Positions 10,643 to 22,021 of a stretch of DNA of 64,000 nt are shown here, piece by piece. The notes under the pieces are model-generated. The model was not told the DNA's origin, ran no database searches, and saw only the letters and a list, made by a program, of their open reading frames with translations. Both the position numbers and the translations under genes were made by a program. Numbering within the stretch: position 1 is the stretch's first letter; every line of letters begins with the position of its first letter. Source of the DNA: Mayamaea pseudoterrestris (taxonomy: Eukaryota); assembly GCA_027923505.1 (NCBI GenBank), contig BROI01000026.1:186001-250000 (forward strand), in the 5' to 3' direction.

Positions 10643-10788
10643 TGTGTAAGGTGTAGGGTCAAAAGTATATAAAGTATGAAAAAATGTTGGTTCGATTGCT
10701 TTTGCGAAAGAAATGAGGTGGTTGTCAGTTGTCAGTCACAATCATTGCATGTCGGCCGGAGAGCACGATATTATATTGTTTGCCGGTC

Positions 10789-11416
10789 ATGATTCTTCTA
10801 ACTCCAGCTACCGGTATAATATCTTCGCTAGTCGGATTGAAAAAGACGTCGCTTGTCTCTTCATCGGCCTTGCTGCTTTCCACAATGGAGGACGGAGGAA
10901 CATTCGACCCCATTTTGCCTGATGCTAGTCAATTAGTCGCATTTGGTTCCATTGCAGCCCTGACAGCTGTCGCAGTCTATGTCTGGGCCACTGAAGTTGT
11001 GCGTCTATTGAGTATCCATTATAGTACTCTTTCTCAGTGAGTGTTGACGCTGCTCATTCGTTTGCAATTCAAATCCTTTTGCCGTGATCCAGGTCCCAGT
11101 CTCAAGAACCAATCTGGCCATAAGTAAACGATCAGGTGCTGTCAAAGACTACTTGGAGGAGCTACAAGATGTTGGAAATATGACAAGCACTGATGGAGAC
11201 ACCCGCAAGGTGGAGCGGTGGCTTTTTACCGACTGGCTCAATGCCTTGGATCGATCGAATAAAAGGATAAATGGACGACAAAAAGAACCAGCCTTGCCCA
11301 TATTGAAGAACGCCAAGTGGAATTCTGGAGACAATCCTGTGCTGGCAGCCACGGGTTTGATACTATTGGGCGTCTTGTTCACGTCCATTACAGAACGAGT
11401 TTCGAGCATGCTATAA
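10789..11416 (+). CDS. Hypothetical membrane protein, 2 exons (intron 10999-11092); start uncertain
   Basis: A GTGCGT...CAG intron joins ...VWATEV|VPVSRTNLAISKR in frame; two hydrophobic segments. Confidence 0.7.
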
Positions 11417-11491
11417 TATATTATGTTAATCAACTATTATATTTCACGAATCGCAGCCTACACCATTTATAAAGTTATTTGATCAGTCGGC

Positions 11492-12406
11492 TTACTGCAG
11501 TTCCACCACATCCTCGTCATCCATGTATGGTTCATCCCCAGGTCCGCGATAAACATGGAGCGGCGATCGCACGCAGTCGCTCCCATAGTATCGTCCGCGT
11601 GGTAGCTTTTCCAACGACTCGTCCATGCACAACCAACAGAGGGGAATGGCGCCATCCGAAATAGGCTTGCCAGCTCCGGCGCCCTTGGTGAGATCCGTCT
11701 TGATGAATCCAGGTGTAACTGAATTAATAATCACGTCGGGCGTCGATTTGCCTTGAATGACAGTAAACGCGTTCAGCAAGGCCTTGCTGCAGCCGTAAGC
11801 ATTGTCAGACTTGATTGTTTTGGCCAGCTCATCGAGTTTGGCAATTTTGTCCTTGGCCGTCTCTCCTGGAATGGTCCATGGCTTGTGCAACCAGTTCTTG
11901 AGCTCGCCGTCCGGCAAGTCTTTCACGAAGTTTGGTCCAGCCGCGCTATCAACATTGACGATGCGGCCATTTGGGCGCTGGATGAGCGGCAAGAATGCGT
12001 CATTGACGCGACGAGGTCCAAAGTAGTTGGTGTTGATCGTATCTTGGAGTGAGTGGCCCCATCCGATGCCAGCGTTGTTAATGACGGCATACAATGGCGA
12101 GTGCTTCTTCATGGCTTCAGCAGCTTCCTTGACAGACTCATCCGACGTTGTATCCAAAACAATACACTCGATGCGACCCGCGACATCGTCACCATACTTT
12201 TGAGTAATGCTATCAACAGCTTCCTTGCCGCGCTGCTGATCGCGAGATCCAAGGAACACGTACGTATCCTTCCATTCCGTCAACAGTCGCTCGCAAACTC
12301 CAAAACCAATGCCTTTGTTGGCACCTGTAACTAGGATCTTTCTCATTGTATTCAAGGCGTTTGTTTGCATGAAAGTCAATAGGCAAAGCCAAAGATTGAG
12401 GTGCAT
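11492..12406 (-). CDS. Short-chain dehydrogenase/reductase (carbonyl reductase-like)
   Basis: TGANKGIG, NNAG and YGCSK motifs; hydrophobic N-terminus from ATG 12406. Confidence 0.9.
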   Translation of the reverse strand: MHLNLWLCLLTFMQTNALNTMRKILVTGANKGIGFGVCERLLTEWKDTYVFLGSRDQQRGKEAVDSITQKYGDDVAGRIECIVLDTTSDESVKEAAEAMKKHSPLYAVINNAGIGWGHSLQDTINTNYFGPRRVNDAFLPLIQRPNGRIVNVDSAAGPNFVKDLPDGELKNWLHKPWTIPGETAKDKIAKLDELAKTIKSDNAYGCSKALLNAFTVIQGKSTPDVIINSVTPGFIKTDLTKGAGAGKPISDGAIPLCWLCMDESLEKLPRGRYYGSDCVRSPLHVYRGPGDEPYMDDEDVVELQ

Positions 12407-12716
12407 CGTTGAGTTCGCAGTAGGAGAAGGATCATGATGGAACGATGAGGAACGATCCGAAGATCGCTGCGATCCCGCCCCGCGCCAATGACGTAAGTCA
12501 CGAGCTATATGTGTGAACCGTTGCGACAATATCATAACCGCTGCGATAATCGAATTTTTAAATGATGCCACACGATCACCTCGCGGCAAAAGCCAGCTGC
12601 TTCCACTGTTGCCATTGACAAAATGGAAAGGCTGCAATACGATGAGAGTGTGTATTGAGAGACGCCACTTTACTCATACATATCAACTTGACGATTGAAC
12701 CACCAAACCATTCATT

Positions 12717-13697
12717 ATGGAGTGCCTCGCTTCACCATTTCGACGCACCATCACATCCTCGTTGCGACCGTTGCTCCAACGAAAGCAGCATTGGAGCTTC
12801 TCCATGCTCTATAATTGTTACTATTCACGGCTTGCAGTATTAAGACGCATGTCTAACAAAGTCTCGAGCAGTACCGATATTAGAAGGATACAGCATCGCC
12901 ATCACCTTCCATTGGCACGAACAGTCTGTCCATCTCATCGCCATCTGCAATATGCTCCTCCATTTCAATTACACCACCACCACTACCTGCAGCAATATCG
13001 TTTCATGGCTCGATCATCCGGTCCATCAGATGAAACACCTTTTGACAAGGCTGTCACCTTTATCATCAATATTGGCTACGACTCGGCCTTGGCCCATGAC
13101 ATGGTGCAAACACTGCAGGATGCTGGCTTGTCGGGCGAAGCCTTGTTGGCTACGGCTCGCACCATGGCTGGTCGATGGGAAGTGGGAGAGGATGCTGGAC
13201 TTGAAGCATTGGCAGCAACAATCAAGGCGGAGCGAGCGACCAAGGCGGGACGTGCCATGGTCAAGGTTTGGGTTGTTCCACCTAATGCATGGGAGTCGCA
13301 TGAAGTGGAGAATGATAACGATGCCTTTACAAACTTGGGTCAAGCTGACATGTTAAGGGCATTTCCTGTCACTGCTGTGGAAGGAACAACATTGACGGAC
13401 GTTGCCAAGTTTGGGATTGGTGAAGGCGCATCAACGCTAGGCGAGTACATGGAGTGCGCCTGCAGCGGCATCATGGCATGCTCAACTTGTCACGTTGTCG
13501 TTGAGCCTGGCAAGTGGTTTGACAAGGTTGGGCCGCCTAGTGAGGCAGAGCAAGACATGCTGGATTTGGCGTATGGACCACGCGAGACTAGCCGTCTTGG
13601 CTGCCAGATTGTGTTGTCAAAGAATTTAGATGGTTTAGTGATCCGATTACCTGCCGGCGCCAACAATATTATGGATGACATTCCATTCAAAGATTAG
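12717..13697 (+). CDS. Adrenodoxin-type 2Fe-2S ferredoxin with N-terminal extension, probably mitochondrial
   Basis: CACSGIMACSTCHV, EQDMLDLA and SRLGCQ motifs; Arg-rich N-terminus. Confidence 0.9.
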   Translation: MECLASPFRRTITSSLRPLLQRKQHWSFSMLYNCYYSRLAVLRRMSNKVSSSTDIRRIQHRHHLPLARTVCPSHRHLQYAPPFQLHHHHYLQQYRFMARSSGPSDETPFDKAVTFIINIGYDSALAHDMVQTLQDAGLSGEALLATARTMAGRWEVGEDAGLEALAATIKAERATKAGRAMVKVWVVPPNAWESHEVENDNDAFTNLGQADMLRAFPVTAVEGTTLTDVAKFGIGEGASTLGEYMECACSGIMACSTCHVVVEPGKWFDKVGPPSEAEQDMLDLAYGPRETSRLGCQIVLSKNLDGLVIRLPAGANNIMDDIPFKD

Positions 13698-14245
13698 GTG
13701 TGGCAATGGCAGTACTCAGCTGTGGTGTTGACGCATGTTGGAGTGAATTGGAGCGTCACAGCGAAAACAAAAACGCCGCAATTGTCAAAGTATACCAGAT
13801 TGGTGCAACGAGTTACTATAGAATGCCATATATACTTTGACAACTAGCTACGGTAGGTGGTAAATTTCCACGGTAGTGCTGCGTTGCAGCAAAACTAATT
13901 CGCAGCAACGCATCCGCATGTTCGACACAAGCAACAATATAATATGCGCAGCAGGATCGGCGTGTCGCGAAACGTCAACCTTCAAACCAGACTGGGACGC
14001 CTCACGCGAATCACCGACCACAGACTATTCCTCCGGCTGCTCCACAGCAGCAGAAGCAGCAGCATCAAGAAAATGTATTCTCGATTGCTCATTCACGTGG
14101 ACGCTGTGGTATGCGTTACGATGGCCGGCTCGCACTGAAAGATGCATATCTTTGCCCTTCCTTAGTAACTTTATAGTATATAAAAGTCACCCTCTTTGCG
14201 TAATCATATTATAGTAGCTACACAGCAGTAGCGTGCAATTCGTCT

Positions 14246-14944
14246 CTAAAACTCATCCTTGCCATCCTGCCCCAAGGGTGGTGTATCGGTTTCGGGCAAG
14301 GCCGATCCTTTGTAATATCGCATGGCCATTTTAAAGAAGTATAGCATGCCAAACATGTACATTGGGTTCTTGAGAAAAGCCATGATGACTTGCATGAAGA
14401 AGTTCATGGGTGGTTCAGCCGCTACCAAGTGAGCCTGGTCAAGGGGAACCCTTTCTTGAGCGAGCCAGACATCCACCACTTTTTGGGCATCATCTTTGGT
14501 CGTCGAGACCCGCGCATCGTAGACTTGTTGACGCGCCTGGTTGGTGATAAAGTGTCCCGTCTTGGCGTCCAGAATGACTAACGTCGGAATGCCCATCAAG
14601 CGAATCTTGGTTGCAAGCTCGCCCTTGAGTTTGGCAGCTTCTGCGTCCGTCGGAACCGCAAGCCATGGCATGGAACCATAGTAGTTTTTGAACTCGTCAA
14701 GCGTCTTGTCGCTACTAATATAGACAAACTGAATGTCTTGGCGAGAAGTGTTTTCGTAGAATTTCTTGAGTATTGGCGTAAAGCTTTGACATGGAGGACA
14801 CCAGTGCGCGCTAAAGTACAAGCCGACGAGCTTGGTGTCTTTAAGAAGCGACGAAGTTGAAGTCGAGTCATTGATACTCTTTAGTAGCTTGGGTCCCAAT
14901 AGGGACTCCATGGTGACGGTAGAATCAACTGGAACAGACGCCAT
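14246..14944 (-). CDS. Nucleoredoxin/tryparedoxin-like thioredoxin with C-terminal TM
   Basis: LYFSAHWCPPC, MPWLAVP and GIPTLVI motifs; ends KDEF. Confidence 0.9.
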   Translation of the reverse strand: MASVPVDSTVTMESLLGPKLLKSINDSTSTSSLLKDTKLVGLYFSAHWCPPCQSFTPILKKFYENTSRQDIQFVYISSDKTLDEFKNYYGSMPWLAVPTDAEAAKLKGELATKIRLMGIPTLVILDAKTGHFITNQARQQVYDARVSTTKDDAQKVVDVWLAQERVPLDQAHLVAAEPPMNFFMQVIMAFLKNPMYMFGMLYFFKMAMRYYKGSALPETDTPPLGQDGKDEF

Positions 14945-15343
14945 GGTGATGATGGAAGAATGATGGAACGGATGGATCGACCGAAAGATCGAAACGTTAC
15001 ATCAGGAAAAGAGTGTCGCAACACGAATTGCCACGTCACTCCAGCTTCGATTGTCGTCGTGGAACGCCGCTGCTTTGCCATCAAATAATCCATGCTCGTG
15101 CGCGCAGATGCTTCTCTTGCAGAAACTACTACTTTGATAATTACAGTTGGACACGTTTTCTCTCTTTATTAGATAGCAAGCAAAGCGACTCTTCTATCCA
15201 CCCAAGAATTTCCTGTCAGTAGAGGCTCTTATAGAACGACCAGACGAGCATACGTATCGTGCCTCACCCCAAATCTTTCGCGTCGCACTTTACGAGACAC
15301 GCATATTATTCAGCTCATTCATCTCTTTCAAGAACTGTAAATT

Positions 15344-18300
15344 ATGGACTTGGCATCTTGGGCGCTCCGCAATATTACGGGTAGCAATAACGACAGCAAC
15401 GACGGGAGCAGTGACGAAGATGGCGGCAATGCAAACACTTTGAATGAAAGCAACAATAATGAAACTCCACTGAGCCCCGAGGAAATGCGGGCGCAGCGAT
15501 TGGCCAGAATGGAAGCCTTGCAGCAAAAGCAAAGGGAGGAGCAAGAGGCCGCTGCTGCGAAAACAAAGGAGCAAGAACAAGATGGTGGAGCAGAGCCAAT
15601 GGACATTGATAAAGGCGCTCCCAGCGTAGCGAGTACTGTTAGTGAGAACGACATGGCGATTACTCCTTCCAAACCTCTGCCTGCTGCAGCGACTCCATCG
15701 CCAGTTGTAGCTTCAGCGCCTGCGACATCTCCTTCTCCGACGTTGAAGAAGAAGGCCAAGTCGGATCCTTTGGACCGGACGGCCAAGAAGGTGCAGCGAG
15801 AAAAGGAACTCTTGCTCAAGAAAACCTTGTCCATTGCACTCGCTGGTAGCGCACTGGCTTCTGACTCATCATGCACAGTCATTGACATTCATTCGACGGA
15901 AATTACGGAGCAGTCGGTGGCAGACATTTTGTCGGAGCGAATCGCCATGCATCATAATTTACCAAACGCGTCGAATCAGAACTCGCTCATGCGCTACCTG
16001 GGGACGAGCCATCGCTTGGCTGGCAATGAACTTAAAGATTTACAATCGGCCAGCTCGTCGCCGCGCAGTTCCAAGGATAACGCGTCGTCTTCTGCCGAAT
16101 GCATTAGCATTCTCGTTGAAATCCAGCGACAGTTGGTCAGTTACGCGGCAACTTGCATCATGGCGCCGGAATTATTCCCTGCGGCCAAGGATTCCACGCA
16201 GCAGTTGGCCACGTGCTTGTTGACGACAATTTCTGATTTGAACACTTCGATTATTCTTGGAGTCAACAAATCGACTAGTAGCTTCTTTTACTTGCTGGTG
16301 GAAGAGCTCAAGACGCAAGGGCACGATTTGAAGCAATTTGTCCAAAGTGTCGTTGCCTTTTTCACGGAAAAGTTATCGCAGATTGAGTCGGTTCTCGATA
16401 TTGTCGATGGTGGAACGGATGGAATGATTTTGGTGTCAGCCTTGGCGGGTCTAGCCATGCACAAGAATACGGCTCATGCCATTGCCACGTTGGACAACTT
16501 TTTACTTCCAGCGGCCGAGTCGGCAGCAGCGAATGAGTTAATTCGTCCGCAAATGGGCAACTTGTTTCGCATGCTTTCCGGAGAGGGTCGGCCATACAAG
16601 AAACGATCTGGGCCAGCGCTGGAGAAGCATACCATTCTTGGTCTTGTGTTGCGCATTGGAATCCCCAGCAAGACGAATCCTGCCTTTACGCCAACTGGTA
16701 TTTTTCAAATGACAGTCAACTCGATTGAGAATGTTTCGCGGCAGCAGCGCAACAAGTTGACGGCGCAGCAGGAAGCCACGAACCAATTTATAAAAGCATT
16801 GATTAAGGCTGGCGAGGAGCCGCGAAGCAAGCTATTGGATTGGGTTCGTGACGCACTCTTGGTTAATAATACTGCTGACGCCATGCGTCCAGATTCTCGC
16901 AAAGTGAGCTCGTCCAATCTGCTGATGAACCTTTCAGTCGCCTTGCTAAAGTTGTGCGAGCCTTTGGTGAAGGACGCTGATGACAAAATTTCATTGATCA
17001 AGCCGAGCTTCGTATCGTCCGCGCAGGATCATGGCGGTGTGTTTGAAACGGAAGGTGACCACGCCGTTGCTCGTTTAGGATCGCGCAATGAGACGGACGA
17101 TGTTCCCATGATTGAAGCCTACAGTCCGAAGAATAAGTTTATTTCACCATGCTTTTTCTTTTGCGCTCGATCGCTCCACTACGGATTGGGCCCAGCGCTG
17201 TCGGCGCACGAGAGCTTGCTTCGTCATATTATGTACCTGCACCATGACATTCGTGGAGCTGGACGCGACATTCGGACCGATCCAAACTTTGGTCTGCTAC
17301 TCTGTCGTCAACGGTCAAATGAAGTTGCCTTATTTGAGCCCAACATGATGTCGGAAACGCTCAAGTTTTGCAACTTTTTATCGCGCTTGCTAATGGAGAT
17401 GGATGACGATATGCTTCGTACAATGCCGGAGGACTTTATTAATGATATCTGCCGCATCATCACGATCATCGCTAAACTAAAGTCGGAGCTTTTGAAGGGC
17501 ATGGAGTTGCGCAATGTCTTTCAAATGTGTGTCAAGATGTTGTCGCCGCGTTATGGATCGGTAAGTCTCATTGATGTTGCTTTTTTGTTGGTTTGATGGT
17601 CAACAACTTATTCTCCACGCTCCCTATAGATTGTTCGCAACTACAACCTCCGTGCCATGCTTGGCGATGTGCTTCACGATCTATATTTGCCGCCTGCAAA
17701 AGACGACGATCATCGCGACATCCCACAATCAGTTTGGTCGGACCCGAACACTGGCGGGCAGGCGTTCCTTCTCTCCGACAAGACGGCTCAAGAGACGCTT
17801 GCTCCAAGCTTGTTGTTACTCTACGGCGAGGTGGAACATACAGGCCACTATGAAAAGATGAGCCATCGCTCGAAGATATGCTCAATGATCAAATTTCTCT
17901 GGGAGAGTTCCGAGCACCGTCCTGCTTTTCGAAGCATTACCGAGAATCACGAGTCCTTTATCAAGTTCGCAAACGGGATTATGAACGAGACAAACACATT
18001 GATTGCTACGGTGATGCAAAAACTGCCGGAGATTCGCGTCGCGCAGGAACAGATGAAGAATCCGCAGGAGTGGAGTCAATTGTCCTCGGATGAACAAACT
18101 CAGATTTCGGAATTGCTAGCGGAAAACGAGCGCGAAGTCAAGCATGCACTTCCATTGGCAAACAGAACTTTGCAAATGTTCTCCTATCTTAACACAGATC
18201 CAGATATTCGTCGTCTGTTTTTGTTGCCAGAGCTATGCTCGCGCCTGGTTGGCATGTTGAAGCATGTGCTGGGCAAGCTTGTTGGATCCCGGGGTTTAGA

Positions 18301-18808
18301 GTTGAAGGTCGACGAGCCCGAACAGTATGAGTTCCGTCCGAAGGAGATGCTGCTCAATTTGTGCTCCATCTTTGCCTTGTTTGGTGCATCAGAGGTCTTC
18401 CAGTCGGAGTGCGCAAAGGCTGGATGCAGTCCTGATCTGTTGCGTGATGCAGCCAAGCCCCTTCGGAAGTTCAACCTTTTGACTGGAGAGTCTATGGCTG
18501 CATTTGAAGCGTTGCCAGCGCTGATTGAGGTTTTTGCCAAGGATGTGTCGGCAGATGATGAGCTACATGCTGATGCGCCAGATGAATTCTTGGACGAATT
18601 GTTGTGCACATTTATGAAGGACCCAGTGAAGCTCCCATCTGGCCACTTTGTTGACCGGTCGACCATTACGCAGCATCTGCTGAATGACCCTATGGACCCA
18701 TTTAGTCGCGAACCAATGTCAGTCGACGATATTGCACCGGCGACAGAGCTCAAGGTGAGGATGGACACCTGGTTGGCCGAAAAGCGAGTCAGCCGCCAGC
18801 AGCAATAA
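15344..18808 (+). CDS. UFD2: Ubiquitin conjugation factor E4 (U-box), 2 exons (intron 17561-17629)
   Basis: A GTAAGT...TAG intron joins the two ORFs (YGS|IVRNYNLRAMLG). Ufd2 core motifs and C-terminal U-box PDEFLDELLCTFMKDPVKLPSG...DPFSREP. Confidence 0.93.
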
Positions 18809-19055
18809 GGCTAGGGTGACTTCCAATTTTACATAATTTCAAGATGACTATTACATTGCATTTTGTGTAGTAGATGCTAACGAAAGTACATTTACCGACA
18901 GTGTTTTGCTGACGAACATCCTGCGATGGTGTGTATTGTAAGATTAGCGATAGTTAGTCGAGTACCGGTGTGTCTTTCGTCACATTTTTTCGCTTTTCGC
19001 CATGCGTTTGTTCTTGCAATGAGCCTCTTCAATTTACAGTATCGGCAACTCAGTT

Positions 19056-19862
19056 ATGAGCTACTTTCATGTTCTCGACTTGTCGCGATATGTCAGTGAC
19101 ACTTACAGAATCGCGAACGATTACTGGAAAGCAGCGACGAGTAATGTTCGACGGAGCACTTTGTTCGCGTTCGACGAACCTACGCCGTCAACGTCATCGA
19201 AGTACTTCATCATCGGAAGCAAAGGTCGACTAGATGGCACGGATCTTGACGCAATACTCTTTTTCGGAAGTGCAATTTTGATGCGAGTTGCACTTTATAT
19301 TCAAAAATCGCGACGAAAAGCTCTCTCGCAGCAATGTGACAATTGGCAATGCCGCTCCACGCAGAGCAGCAGCAGCAAGTCGGCGTCCATCGAGTCAATT
19401 TGTTACTACATGGCAAGCTACTTGTACATGCTGATGCCTTTGCTTCGGGCCGTGCGTCCACCGACACGCCAATCGTCGCTGTACTTCGATCGATTGAGAA
19501 ACCACCGAGAGCTCATTTTATTCACAGGGACAGCCCTTATGTTCCGATTCGTCTACTGGACCGTTCGACCACCCTTGCAACGCCGACGACGAGCGCTTGC
19601 TTCGAACAACTTGGAAGATGAGACGGAACTTTACTTGATAAAAATGAAGAACGGATTTAGGGATCCAAAGCTTCAACGCTTCATTGATAAATGCCAGGAA
19701 CAAAAGGACAGATTGAAAAAGGTTGGAAGCCCCGAGGAATTGCGAAAGCTAAAGATTGATGACATTAGGAAGAAAAGCCTAGTAATAAAGAAGGGCGACT
19801 TGCAGCTGTCGGACGAAAAGCTGCAAAGCATTCGATTGAGTCTGAATAGAGTGAACAGTTAA
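19056..19862 (+). CDS. Hypothetical protein with hydrophobic segments and a basic, charged C-terminus
   Basis: 268-aa ATG-initiated ORF with internally similar segments (ILFFGSAILMR / ILFTGTALMFR); no recognised domain. Confidence 0.6.
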   Translation: MSYFHVLDLSRYVSDTYRIANDYWKAATSNVRRSTLFAFDEPTPSTSSKYFIIGSKGRLDGTDLDAILFFGSAILMRVALYIQKSRRKALSQQCDNWQCRSTQSSSSKSASIESICYYMASYLYMLMPLLRAVRPPTRQSSLYFDRLRNHRELILFTGTALMFRFVYWTVRPPLQRRRRALASNNLEDETELYLIKMKNGFRDPKLQRFIDKCQEQKDRLKKVGSPEELRKLKIDDIRKKSLVIKKGDLQLSDEKLQSIRLSLNRVNS

Positions 19863-20589
19863 TGTGTATATATACTAGTTGCGTTGAGTATCTCGCATCC
19901 ACTTTCTCTGACACTCGGGGATACAAAGCTGTATAAGAAGCTGCTGCAGTCAGCACCAAACACTGCCATGGCACTCCCTTGGCATGTCCAGCTGGACCTA
20001 CCAGTAGTGAGCTTCTGAACCTCATAGGCAACTGCACTGTAAGTAGTATACTCTTTTGTGTCTAGCCTCTTTCCAACCAGCAACCCTCATATACTTTTAC
20101 TGTCTTATGGATGTTATAACAAGCGCAGTAATAGTAGGAGCCTGCTATTTACAATGTACATCTCTACTGTCGCTAGGCTCAGTCAGGCTCACTTGAATGG
20201 TTGCCTAGTATATACCGCCACGCGGTCAAGTCAGACCACAGTTTCGAATGTTCGGTCTGACTCGAGTCAGATCGGTCCCTTCCCCCTGCCGCAAGGTGAA
20301 AATTCCGGCGCGCAGAACACGTTTTAGGTACATAGTCTACACAAAATTTCTACATGGACACGGATTCTCGGGACTCGATAACGGTCAACGGATTACATCG
20401 GCATTGGACAAAGTACGACGCGCCGGTAATCCCGCAAGGAACGACCCGACAAGTGCTACACACTAACTGGGCATTATTGCATACTAGCTAACAAGCAGGC
20501 TTCTAAGCATATAAAATACCATGTTAGGCAGCTCAAGGAGCATGCCATTTAATTGTGCTTACCTTCAAATGCATGAAGTATGGTTCAAC

Positions 20590-21740
20590 TTCTTGTCACC
20601 AGCTTGGCATCCTCTGAGGCTCCCAGTCTGTCTTTATCAATGACCAAGCAGCTTGCCGTCAAGTGTGCCATCATGTGATCCAAGTGGCAAGCCCAGTGAC
20701 TCACCTAGCGCAGGACCCAGTCTCTTTCTCAGTGCAGCACCAAGCTCGTCACATTCTGTAGCTCCCAGTTGGTCTCCCAGCACTCACCCCTGCAGCCTAC
20801 CGTCAAAGCACCAAGCCCAGAGTGTCACCTAGCGCAGGACCCAGTATCCATCCTAATGCAGCACCAATGTTTTCCCGCTCTGCAGCTTCCAGTTCATCTT
20901 CCAACACTCGCCCCAGCAGCTTGCCAACAAATGTGCCATTCAGTGACCCAAGCGCAAGGCCAATGCGTCATCTAGCGCATGACCTAGTCTCCTTCCCAGT
21001 GCAGCAGCACCTCCCCCTCTGTGGCTCCCACTTTGGTACCCAGCAATCACCCTAGCAGCTTGCTATCAAATGTTCCACCAATTGGATTCGAGACATTTTT
21101 TCTTCAAATACTAAACCATGCAGCTTGCCATCAACTGATTCAAGCACCAAGTCAAGTGAGATGCCTTTTGCAGGACCCAGTCTCCTTCCCAGTGCAGCTT
21201 CAAGCTTGTCACCCTCAGTGGCTCCCAGTTTGTCTCCAGGTCTCAACCCAGCAGCTTGTCATCAAGTGTGCCGTGATCAAAGTGGCAAGCCCAGTGACTC
21301 ACCTAGCGCAGAATCCAGTCTCTTTTCCAGCGCAAAACCAAGCTTGTCACCTTCTGTAGCTCCCCCTTGCTCTATACCAAGCAGCTTGCCATCAAGTGTG
21401 CCATCAAGTGACCCAAGTGGAAAGCCCAGTGACTCACCTAGCGCAGGACCCAGTCTCCTTCCCAGTGCAGCACCAAGCTTGTCACATTCTGTGGCTCCCA
21501 GTTGGTTTCCCTACACTCACCCCTGCAGCCTACCATCAAAGCGCCAAGCCCAGAGTGTCGCCTAGCGCAGGACCCAGCATCCATCCTAATGCAGCACCAA
21601 TGTTTTCCCCCTCTGCAACTTTCATGTGATCCAAATGCCTAGCCCGGTTATTCACCTAATGCAGGACTCAGGCGCTTTCCCAGTGCAGCACCAACTTGTC
21701 ACCCTCTGTAGCTCCCAGTTTATCTCCAAGCATTTAAAAC
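20590..21740 (+). pseudogene. Decayed Pro/Ser-rich (PSxxPSxxPS) repeat-coding sequence
   Basis: Several frames give PSSVPSSDPSGKPSDSPSAGPSLLPSAAPSLSPSVAPS. It is interrupted by stops and frameshifts, and is CpG-poor and CA/TG-rich. Confidence 0.7.
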
Positions 21741-22021
21741 TATGCAGTCTTTTGGAGCACCAAATGAAGTAGCAAGCTTGCCACACATACGGGTACTGCA
21801 TGTGCATATGGAAAGTGCCACGCAGTCAGGTCAGACCCCGGTCCCTCGGTGCAATTTATTGTACCGCTCCGACATTTGATTTGGCGAGGCGGCGATCCGC
21901 GACGGTTTCGCGAGTCCACTCACATCGACCATCGACCCTCTACCATGGGAAAGAACATAGCCGGCATACCACATTGACTCTGTCACACTTGATTGCTTTT
22001 GAAAGACCTGACTGTTATAAA

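Noticed and set aside
13900..14190. Possible TATA-driven ncRNA on the minus strand (TATA context similar to the 5S upstream region)
   Set aside because: No recognisable snRNA, U3, SRP, RNase P/MRP or telomerase template motifs. An Infernal/Rfam search would be needed.
19870..20200. CpG-poor tract after the hypothetical gene as a possible transposon remnant
   Set aside because: The minus-strand frames translated gave no recognisable transposase or reverse transcriptase motif.
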